This document shows, piece by piece, positions 1-7,074 of a DNA stretch of 34,686 nt. A program made the translations under genes and the position numbers. The notes beneath the pieces are model-generated. The model ran no database searches, was not told the DNA's origin, and saw only the letters and a program-made list of their open reading frames with translations. This stretch comes from an uncultured virus (IMG/VR IMGVR_UViG_3300030102_002633) (taxonomy: Duplodnaviria > Heunggongvirae > Uroviricota > Caudoviricetes): IMG/VR virus record IMGVR_UViG_3300030102_002633; one strand, written 5' to 3'. Position 1 is the stretch's first letter. Every line of letters begins with the position of its first letter.

Positions 1-1548
1 ATGGTTCATGAAGGAAAGAACATTGCTGATGAAACTCTACGAGAAAGAAATAATATTCTTTTGTATCAGTATGCTCAACATTCGTCTGAGGACTTAGCAT
101 TCCCATCTAAGAAGGATACAAGAATCGCTGATTCCATAAAAGAAGTAGAATCCTATGCTAAAGAAATAATGCAGTTACCTGCATCAGAAGGTGTGGTAAT
201 CAAAGATATAGAATCAACTTACTATATTGGGGTTAAGAAAAATCCTAAGTGGATTAAGTGGAAAAAGTTCGTGGACTTGGATGTTATAGTGTTGGATGAT
301 AAGAAGACAAAGAGCAATCTACATTCCTACACAATGGGAGTTGGGCCAGTTAATGCTGAAACTGTTAGAAATTACAAGACTGTTGAGTTTGAGGAAAAGG
401 ACTACTTAGAGGTGGGTAAGGCTCTCAACACAAAACAATCAGTAAAAATTGGTAGTATTGTTAGAGTAAAGGTTGATGAAGTTAAGAAAGGTAAAGATGG
501 GTTCAAACTATTTTCTGCTAAAGTTATAGAGATACCCGAAGTAACTCAATCAGATACGGTTGAAACATTAGAGCAATTAGCAAGTAAAACAAAGAAATCT
601 CTTAATGCAATTGGATATACATTTGGAGATAAGGTAGGTGGGTTGTTTGAAGTTACATCAGGATTACAGAACCCAAAACTGAAAAGGAAAGATGTCAAGA
701 AAGGATATTACATTACAGACCACATACATGGAACTGCTGAGATTATTCTAAAAGAGGATATGAATGGTTTCACAATCTATGGTTTTGAAGGAGATTCTCT
801 TATGCAGAAGAATGCTCTATACAACATAGATGTGTGGAAAGAACAAGTAGTTAGTATAATGAAAGGGAAACGTTCTACTTTTAGATTGGCTATTCGTAAT
901 GAAATATTAGAGAGTGGTAGAGATAATCTAAGGTTTGAACAGATATTAGATTATGTTAAGGACAAACATCAAGGAACTTTTCAAGACTTATTCGACTCTG
1001 ATGAAGGAAGGTTAATGTCTTGGATGAAACAACAAGAAGATTTAGTTTATCTTCATCCTAACAAGTTTACTGCAAGAGAAGATATACTGGAAAAAGATGT
1101 TGAAGAATTACAAAAGGAAGAAACAGGCAAGTATACAATTAATCTTAGAGAAGATGGTAATGTAGATTTAATCATAGAATACAAAGACGAGCGTATGGGT
1201 TGGACTATTGATATCGAAGAGTCAGAAGACATATACGAATTATTTGGTAAGTCAGGTAAGTATCCGGCTATTGTAATGAAAAATGCAGGTGAGTCTAAGA
1301 AAGTCTTAGATAAAGGCAGTATAGAATTAGGTATTCAAAAAGATGGATATCACGAATATAAGTTAGATGGAGATAAGTTCCAAACGAGAATGCACTTTAG
1401 AGTAGTTCCGTTAGATGAACAAAAGAGTTGGATAGCATGGACAGGAAAGAAACAAGAAATGTTAGACGATAAAGAGAACCCAAATAAATGGAATCTGAAT
1501 GAAGATTCTTATGCTCAATTACCCTTCCCTTCGGATAAAAAAGAGTAA
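1..1548 (+). CDS. ATP-dependent DNA ligase, 5'-truncated by the window, with extra C-terminal domains including a LigD phosphoesterase-like domain
   Basis: Starts inside the motif IIIa region (MVHEGKNIADETLRER); has motif IV EGVVIKD, motif V WIKWKK, then an OB-fold (LDVIVL...VGKA...IVRVKVDEV). The adenylation motif KxDG is absent, so the ATG at position 1 is internal. Confidence 0.85.
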   Translation: MVHEGKNIADETLRERNNILLYQYAQHSSEDLAFPSKKDTRIADSIKEVESYAKEIMQLPASEGVVIKDIESTYYIGVKKNPKWIKWKKFVDLDVIVLDDKKTKSNLHSYTMGVGPVNAETVRNYKTVEFEEKDYLEVGKALNTKQSVKIGSIVRVKVDEVKKGKDGFKLFSAKVIEIPEVTQSDTVETLEQLASKTKKSLNAIGYTFGDKVGGLFEVTSGLQNPKLKRKDVKKGYYITDHIHGTAEIILKEDMNGFTIYGFEGDSLMQKNALYNIDVWKEQVVSIMKGKRSTFRLAIRNEILESGRDNLRFEQILDYVKDKHQGTFQDLFDSDEGRLMSWMKQQEDLVYLHPNKFTAREDILEKDVEELQKEETGKYTINLREDGNVDLIIEYKDERMGWTIDIEESEDIYELFGKSGKYPAIVMKNAGESKKVLDKGSIELGIQKDGYHEYKLDGDKFQTRMHFRVVPLDEQKSWIAWTGKKQEMLDDKENPNKWNLNEDSYAQLPFPSDKKE

Positions 1549-1551
1549 TTA

Positions 1552-1573
1552 TTACTATTACTTCATATAGTAA
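1552..1573 (+). promoter_or_regulatory. Possible archaeal TATA-like late promoter within a short inverted repeat
   Basis: TTCATATAG at 1562-1570 lies about 25-30 nt upstream of the protease ATG (1594), which has no SD, a leaderless geometry. It overlaps TTACTAT/ATAGTAA inverted arms (1552-1558, 1567-1573). Confidence 0.35.
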
Positions 1574-1593
1574 GAGTGTAAAACCTACCGATA

Positions 1594-2814
1594 ATGCTAA
1601 TGATGGATACTCCTCTGCTTAAGGCTGAGAGTAGTCATGAGTTTACTATTTTGAAGTCTGACAACCTAATCATTGGTGGTTATGCTTCAATCGAAATAGT
1701 AGACAAGCAGAATGATTTAATCACAATTGAAGCACTACAAGATGCAGTAAAGAAATACATGGCTGATGAGAAATACAGAAATGTAATGTCTAACCATTCT
1801 AATGTGCAAGTTGGAGAAGTTGTGGAACAATATAGAGATGCTAACGGAGTTTTGCACAAGACTGCCGTAGATGATGTAGGATTCTATGTTGTAATTAAAC
1901 TGCGAGATGATATTGAGAAAGCAAAAGAAATCTCAAGAGGAATTAGAAAGGGAACTCTACGTTCCTTTAGTATTGGAGGACAAGCCATTTCAAAGAAGCA
2001 AAGAACTTCTGATGAGTATGGTGAATACAATGAGATAGACAGGTTGGAACTGCATGAAGTTACAATCTGCGAGAAGGGGATAAACCCCGAAGCAAAATTC
2101 GACATTTTGAAAATGGAGGAAAAAAACATGAGTGAAAAGTTAGAAAAAGCACTTGAAGAACTGAACGACCTGATGAAGCAGGTTAGTGAAGTTACTTCAA
2201 CAGAAAATGATGACGTAACGAAGAACGAAATGGCCTACATGGATACCAAAGATGATGAGATGGCTATGGCTGATGATGAATCAGAAATGGACAAAGCAGA
2301 CGAGGAAGACATGGACAAGGCAGACGAGGACATGGAAGAGAAGGCTCTTGATGAGGATTCAACAAGAGACTACGAAGCCGGAGAAGTTGTTGTAGACGGA
2401 GGAAACCCAAAACCTGCACCTGCTGAACTAAAGTCCTTCGGGCTTGATGGAGCAGACTTTGCTACTCTCGACCTATCGGCTGAGAATGTAGAAAAGGCAT
2501 ATGCAAAATTCAAGGCAGAGAAAATGGAAGCAATGGCTTACGATTCTCTATCAAAGCAGTTTGAAGCCCGACTCACAGAAGAGTTGTCTGTTAAGAAAGC
2601 GGCGGCTGAAAAAGCATCTTACGATGCTCGCTCAGATGTAGCGGCTCTGAAAGAAGAGTTTGCTGAACTACGCAAGTCCCTATCCGAAAAGGATTCAGAA
2701 ATTAGGAAGGCACAGGAAGTAGCATTTGCTCTACCTGATGGAATGCCAACAAGCATCGAGGCGGCGGCTGAGATGTCTTGGGAAGATATTCACGCACTAA
2801 CAAGAGGTGATTAA
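1594..2814 (+). CDS. Prohead (capsid maturation) protease of HK97 type fused to a C-terminal acidic/coiled-coil scaffold
   Basis: IIGGYASIEIVDKQND, catalytic-type NH (MSNHS), RSFSIGG serine motif, LHEVTICEKGINPEAKF; followed by about 230 aa of acidic helical sequence; immediately upstream of the capsid gene. Confidence 0.9.
   Translation: MLMMDTPLLKAESSHEFTILKSDNLIIGGYASIEIVDKQNDLITIEALQDAVKKYMADEKYRNVMSNHSNVQVGEVVEQYRDANGVLHKTAVDDVGFYVVIKLRDDIEKAKEISRGIRKGTLRSFSIGGQAISKKQRTSDEYGEYNEIDRLELHEVTICEKGINPEAKFDILKMEEKNMSEKLEKALEELNDLMKQVSEVTSTENDDVTKNEMAYMDTKDDEMAMADDESEMDKADEEDMDKADEDMEEKALDEDSTRDYEAGEVVVDGGNPKPAPAELKSFGLDGADFATLDLSAENVEKAYAKFKAEKMEAMAYDSLSKQFEARLTEELSVKKAAAEKASYDARSDVAALKEEFAELRKSLSEKDSEIRKAQEVAFALPDGMPTSIEAAAEMSWEDIHALTRGD
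2128..2814 (+). CDS. Putative nested, in-frame scaffolding protein (internal start)
   Basis: GGAGG (2115-2119), 8-nt spacer, in-frame ATG at 2128 located at the end of the protease domain. Confidence 0.55.
   Translation: MSEKLEKALEELNDLMKQVSEVTSTENDDVTKNEMAYMDTKDDEMAMADDESEMDKADEEDMDKADEDMEEKALDEDSTRDYEAGEVVVDGGNPKPAPAELKSFGLDGADFATLDLSAENVEKAYAKFKAEKMEAMAYDSLSKQFEARLTEELSVKKAAAEKASYDARSDVAALKEEFAELRKSLSEKDSEIRKAQEVAFALPDGMPTSIEAAAEMSWEDIHALTRGD
2287..2346 (+). repeat. Short tandem duplication in the scaffold (MDKADEED MDKADED MEEKA)
   Basis: atggacaaagcagacgagga at 2287 and atggacaaggcagacgagga at 2311. Confidence 0.85.
2804..2810 (+). promoter_or_regulatory. Ribosome-binding site GAGGTGA of the major capsid gene
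   Basis: GAGGTGA ends 6 nt before the ATG at 2817. Confidence 0.8.
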
Positions 2815-2816
2815 AT

Positions 2817-4211
2817 ATGTCAGGATACATTAAGACAATGAAAGACTTAGAAGCAGCAACATACGGATACGGTGGAAACACTGGTAATGCTCTACTCAAA
2901 GCGGGTGGAGTTGTTGGAGGATTTGGAACTCCTCACGATGCAGCCAGTAACCCATTTACTGCTGCTGCTGGTCTTGGCGACCTTTACAACGTTCTATATG
3001 GACAGAAAGTTTGGTCAATGCTAAATCAGGAAGTTAACCCTCTTGCTATGTTGGCTAAGAGGCCATACACATCTTCCGGTTGGAGAGTTCTAAAGAGCCG
3101 ACCTATTGGTGGTAGTGGTTCAGAGTTCGCTACTGGTGCTAACGCTGTAACTGCAAACATTAACTCAACTGACGCAGCAACCCCAAGAGCAGATACCATT
3201 GGTGGTGTTCCTGAGAACGCAGTTCTTGGTACTGACTTTGTTGCACTTGCACCTGAGTACACCAAGTTGTATGTTAGCCCTAAGACCATTGCACATCTGT
3301 TTGAGTTCTCAGAACTTGGTATGGAACTTGCTGCAATTGATGACGGTGTTGGTGATATTCGTGCTATCGTAAGAGAAGACATGGGTAAACTACACGCAGA
3401 AGTTCAGAGCAAGATGCTAGTTATGCCTCTTGAGAAATACTCAGAGAACAACACAACTGGTATTGAGAAGAACTACACTTCTCTACTAAAGATTGTTTCA
3501 TCTGCCGCAGAAATCGCTCAAATGGCTGACGATGACGTATTCTACCACAACCAAACAAACAACGGTACGGCAGCACAACTTGCTGACGCAACCAGTATCT
3601 TTGGAACTGAGAGAACTGTAACTGTCAATACATCCGGTGGAAGTGGAGCATATACTTACAGTGGTGTTGCATCTTTCCTTGATGCAGAGGTTGACTATGG
3701 AGCAAACTACACATCAGGCGGTTGCCGTGTACTAACTCTAAGTATACTAAACGACATGATTCGCAGAATCAGGCAGAATGGTGGAAACCCGAAAGTTATC
3801 ATTACCGGATACGATACTATCCAAAAGATTGCTGACTTGCTACAAAGCCAAGAGCGATTCATGGACAGGAAAGAGGTTGTTCCAACCCACAACGGAGTTC
3901 GTGGTGTAAAAGGACAGGAAGTTGGATTCAGAGTTGCAACATACTATGACATCCCAATTATCCCTGCAAAGGATATGCCTTCTACTGGTAAGTCAACAAG
4001 CAACAGGCTCAGTGATATACTGATTCTTGATACTGACCACCTATGGCTATCTGTTATGAAACCAACCCAATACTTTGAGGATGGTATCACTAGCGGAAAC
4101 CCATTCGGTGTTGGCAAACTAGGGAATCAGGGTATGTACCGCACTATGGGCGAGACTTGCTGCTCCTTCTTCAAGGGACAAGGTAAGATTACCAACCTAA
4201 AGAGTGCTTGA
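2817..4211 (+). CDS. Major capsid protein (HK97 fold; halovirus/magrovirus-like)
   Basis: Follows protease/scaffold; 464 aa; YGQKVWSMLNQE...LAKRPYTSSGWRV, SPKTIAHLFEFSE, GGNPKVIITGYDT, VATYYDIPIIP, ILILDTDHL, C-terminal QGKITNL typical of HK97-fold capsids; strong RBS. Confidence 0.9.
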   Translation: MSGYIKTMKDLEAATYGYGGNTGNALLKAGGVVGGFGTPHDAASNPFTAAAGLGDLYNVLYGQKVWSMLNQEVNPLAMLAKRPYTSSGWRVLKSRPIGGSGSEFATGANAVTANINSTDAATPRADTIGGVPENAVLGTDFVALAPEYTKLYVSPKTIAHLFEFSELGMELAAIDDGVGDIRAIVREDMGKLHAEVQSKMLVMPLEKYSENNTTGIEKNYTSLLKIVSSAAEIAQMADDDVFYHNQTNNGTAAQLADATSIFGTERTVTVNTSGGSGAYTYSGVASFLDAEVDYGANYTSGGCRVLTLSILNDMIRRIRQNGGNPKVIITGYDTIQKIADLLQSQERFMDRKEVVPTHNGVRGVKGQEVGFRVATYYDIPIIPAKDMPSTGKSTSNRLSDILILDTDHLWLSVMKPTQYFEDGITSGNPFGVGKLGNQGMYRTMGETCCSFFKGQGKITNLKSA

Positions 4212-4251
4212 TTTTAACACTGAATAAGTAAGTAAATCTGAAAAACGTAAA

Positions 4252-4293
4252 GTAGTAGCCTCTGCCCCGACAGTATGGGGCAGGGGTTACTGC
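4252..4293 (+). terminator. Strong RNA hairpin downstream of the capsid gene (transcript stabiliser or attenuator)
   Basis: GTAGTAGCCTCTGCCCC-gacagtat-GGGGCAGGGGTTACTGC: 17-bp stem with 3 G-U pairs, 8-nt loop, no U-tract after it. Confidence 0.7.
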
Positions 4294-4317
4294 CGAAAAC
4301 AAAACAGAGGTAATAAC

Positions 4318-4746
4318 ATGGCTTATATTAGATTGAAAGAACACAGAACAAGAGGCGACATAGTAATACAAGGTGCAGGTGAAACGGTATATTCTATTAA
4401 CGAAATACCTGTTGAAATACCTGCAAGAATTGCTGCACTTTACTTAGGTGACGAGCAAATGGTTGTAGAGTTTATTGATAGCGATAAGAAAGATATCAAG
4501 AGTATGCCTGAAAATAGATTGGTTTCGATTAGAAAACATTTGGGCTTAGATGAGGGTGCAGATGTTTTGAACGTTCTATATCCTAAGAAAGCAAAGACCA
4601 CTGTTAAGAAGAAAGTTGAGGAGGTTGTTGAGACTGTCACTGAAACAGTTGTTGAGACTGTTACACCGGAAAAGAAAACACCTGCTCCTAAAACAACCAA
4701 AAAAGAACCTGCTAAGAAAACAACCACTAAGAAGGAAGTGGAATGA
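4318..4746 (+). CDS. Hypothetical protein with Lys/Thr/Pro-rich basic tail
   Basis: GAGGT RBS at 4307-4311; C-terminus KKTPAPKTTKKEPAKKTTTKK; 14-nt direct repeat gttgttgagactgt at 4624 and 4648 (VVETVT twice). Confidence 0.8.
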   Translation: MAYIRLKEHRTRGDIVIQGAGETVYSINEIPVEIPARIAALYLGDEQMVVEFIDSDKKDIKSMPENRLVSIRKHLGLDEGADVLNVLYPKKAKTTVKKKVEEVVETVTETVVETVTPEKKTPAPKTTKKEPAKKTTTKKEVE

Positions 4747-5027
4747 TGGTAGGTGGAGTAGCGGGTAGTCCAGTCAGAACCGCTAGTGCAGTATTGAATG
4801 TAGGTAACTGTAAGTTGAACAGTGTTCATTTTACTTCTACTGGAAATGCAACTCTAAAAATATACGACCACGATAGCACAAGTGTTGGTTCTGCTGATGA
4901 GGTCGCACGTCTAATTCTAACCGCTAATACAACAACTGAGTTCGATTTGCATGGGAGAGCAATGGGAACAGGTATTACGGCTATATTGAGTGGTTCAGGG
5001 GGAGCATACTCTTGCACATGGAGTTGA
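4743..5027 (+). CDS. Small beta-rich protein, probably virion/head-associated
   Basis: ATGA overlap with the upstream stop; 94 aa, G/S/T-rich beta-strand pattern (ATLKIYD...TTEFDL...GITAILSG); near the capsid gene. Confidence 0.7.
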   Translation: MMVGGVAGSPVRTASAVLNVGNCKLNSVHFTSTGNATLKIYDHDSTSVGSADEVARLILTANTTTEFDLHGRAMGTGITAILSGSGGAYSCTWS

Positions 5028-5031
5028 TTGC

Positions 5032-5445
5032 TTGCCAGTTATAGACACAGATACACGATTAATAATGACCATGCTCTTTGTTGGAGCAGTAAGTGGATTG
5101 AACATTTACGTATACGCCTTAGTGGGAACTTCCTTCCCATATAGCGGAGTAGCCCATGCAGTGTTATTTGGAGTTAGCACTGTTGGTGGGATAATGATAC
5201 TGAAAGTAATATTGGATTTAATTGCTAATGATTTTATAGAGGAGTTCTTGCTAAAACGAAGAATAGATTCTTATTGGAATAGAAAGGCAAATGACGAAGA
5301 AAACAGAAAGAGGGTAAGAGAATCCTTAGTTCAGTTCCAACAGGCATACTATCAGAATCAACAACAAGTGCAACAAAATGTTATGGTTCAACCAGTAAGC
5401 GACAACACTCTAAGCCCTACTTTCTTAACACAATTTCAAGAGTGA
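5032..5445 (+). CDS. Two-TM membrane protein with a charged/Gln-rich C-terminal coiled coil
   Basis: Probable TTG start at 5032 after GGAGTTGA (ORF track starts at 4990, overlapping the previous gene); hydrophobic spans LIMTMLFVGAVSGLNIYVYALVG and VAHAVLFGVSTVGGIMILKVIL. Confidence 0.75.
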   Translation: MPVIDTDTRLIMTMLFVGAVSGLNIYVYALVGTSFPYSGVAHAVLFGVSTVGGIMILKVILDLIANDFIEEFLLKRRIDSYWNRKANDEENRKRVRESLVQFQQAYYQNQQQVQQNVMVQPVSDNTLSPTFLTQFQE

Positions 5446-5454
5446 GGGTAGAAT

Positions 5455-5682
5455 ATGGTCGGAGAAATCCTAATGGGATTCGATGAATCCACATTAGCAT
5501 ATGACCTACAAAGAGCGCATTCTGCTGATATTTGGTTTCTAAGAGCAAGGTTCTACATTTGGGGTGCAGCAGTTTCAGTAGGAACTTTTCTAATAGGCCA
5601 TGCTTTGCCGTTGTTTGGTGTTAATCTATACTCTATCTTTTGGGATGGGTTTGTCTCTTTTTGGAATCATCTATGGGGGTAG
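5455..5682 (+). CDS. Small membrane protein (one TM plus aromatic amphipathic C-terminus)
   Basis: GAGGG RBS; FYIWGAAVSVGTFLIGHALPLFGV then YSIFWDGFVSFWNHLWG. Confidence 0.75.
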   Translation: MVGEILMGFDESTLAYDLQRAHSADIWFLRARFYIWGAAVSVGTFLIGHALPLFGVNLYSIFWDGFVSFWNHLWG

Positions 5683-5688
5683 AGCCTG

Positions 5689-6387
5689 ATGTCCGTGATG
5701 ACGGGCTTTGCCATACTCATAGTTGAGGCTATGAACAAGATGTATCAACGTCTTCACTCTATACCGTTTGGTGTGTATGGTGCAAGCAAAGTAGGTAAAA
5801 CAACATTACACCATCAATTGAGAACAAGAGGAGAAGTTCCTTCTATTACAGATAGAACAGTTGGTCTACATAGAGCCACAAGAAAATATGTAAAACTTGA
5901 CGGTGATGCTCATACAGTAAAAACTGCTGATGTTGGTGGAGAAACTGTTTACTGGAATGAGTGGTTAGAGGATATGCGTGGTCGTCACGTAAAATATATT
6001 ATTTTCATGATAGATGATAGACATATGGACAAACACTACGATATAGAACAACAACTATGTTGGACATTTTTAGTTGATACTATTTGTTCATCTCATTGGA
6101 ACGTAAATGGAGTTGGCACTATTGGTGGATTAATGGGGAAAAAAAAGAAAAAGAAGCCTCATGATTACCCAATAGCAGTATCTATTTGGGCTAACAAATA
6201 TGATTTGTGGAAGGATAAATATGACTACAATGGAGACATGGATAAGCACCCTATATTTGAGTCATTTAAACCCGGAATGCAGAAGTTAAACGACAAAGGA
6301 ATACCTGTCCATAAATACATTGTAAGTGCTAAATCTGATTCAGAGATGGTATATAGAGGAATCCTAACAATCATAAAGGACTACTAA
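5689..6387 (+). CDS. Ras-superfamily small GTPase (Arf/Sar- and Rab-like features)
   Basis: G1 GASKVGKT (5779), G2 Thr in DRTVG, G3 DVGGE (5929), strand IIFMID, G4 NKYD (6193), G5 SAK (6325); N-terminal hydrophobic/amphipathic extension. Confidence 0.92.
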   Translation: MSVMTGFAILIVEAMNKMYQRLHSIPFGVYGASKVGKTTLHHQLRTRGEVPSITDRTVGLHRATRKYVKLDGDAHTVKTADVGGETVYWNEWLEDMRGRHVKYIIFMIDDRHMDKHYDIEQQLCWTFLVDTICSSHWNVNGVGTIGGLMGKKKKKKPHDYPIAVSIWANKYDLWKDKYDYNGDMDKHPIFESFKPGMQKLNDKGIPVHKYIVSAKSDSEMVYRGILTIIKDY

Positions 6388-6399
6388 GGGAGAGATGAT

Positions 6400-7074
6400 A
6401 TGTCTATGCAATTTCAGCCACCTAGTTTAATTGGCGCACAGTCAGCAAATACAGGAATGAACCCATTTCTTGACAGACTTTCTGCTGCAAGAGCAGCAGG
6501 TTCAGTCATGATTTATGAATATAAAAGCGTTAAGCCAAAAAAACAATTGAAAGAAATCATCAAAGTGCTTATGCCTGAAAAGAAAAAACTGTTAGGAATA
6601 AAATATGGTTTCAAATACAACATAAAAGATAGATGTGTGGTATGTGGGACACAAAAGAATTGGGAAGCAGGGGACTCGATGAGGCCACCTCTTCCTTTAC
6701 ATAAAGTGCGTAAAGGATATCCAATGAGAGGAACATATTGTGAGAAACACGCTCAGATACACAGACAATATGAAATGTTAGAACAACAAATGCTTGCAGA
6801 AGAACATGGGCTTTCTTTTAGTGCCTACATCCCATCTGCAAGAAGTTTGAATCCTTTAGCAAGTGGCCCTATGACTGGTCTAAAACAGGAAGATATTACT
6901 TCTCTAACATCATTGGGTTGGACTATTAAACCCCCTGTTGCTTTAGTAGAAACTAAAGAAGAAGAGTTGTTCAGATTAATCATAGAAACTAATGGAATCA
7001 ATAGTAGGATGAAAACACTATTAGCCGAAGGCACTAGGGTATCATCAGCACAAGACGAGGAGGATGTAGAATAA
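6400..7074 (+). CDS. Zinc-finger protein (CxxC...CxxH), possibly a GAP for the adjacent GTPase
   Basis: CVVC at 6634 and CEKHAQIHR at 6739-6765; GGGAG RBS. The GAP role is inference only. Confidence 0.7.
   Translation: MSMQFQPPSLIGAQSANTGMNPFLDRLSAARAAGSVMIYEYKSVKPKKQLKEIIKVLMPEKKKLLGIKYGFKYNIKDRCVVCGTQKNWEAGDSMRPPLPLHKVRKGYPMRGTYCEKHAQIHRQYEMLEQQMLAEEHGLSFSAYIPSARSLNPLASGPMTGLKQEDITSLTSLGWTIKPPVALVETKEEELFRLIIETNGINSRMKTLLAEGTRVSSAQDEEDVE

Noticed and set aside
1..3. ATG at position 1 as the true ligase start
   Set aside because: Ligase motifs I-III including KxDG are missing; the gene must begin upstream.
6135..6165. A AAA AAG slippery-like run in the GTPase
   Set aside because: Explained by the poly-Lys tract; the -1 frame stops within a few codons and would remove G4/G5.
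5689..6387. GTPase as eukaryotic contamination or as a terminase/packaging ATPase
   Set aside because: Same codon style, RBS and tight operon spacing as its neighbours; NKxD and SAK motifs indicate a guanine-specific GTPase, not an ATPase.
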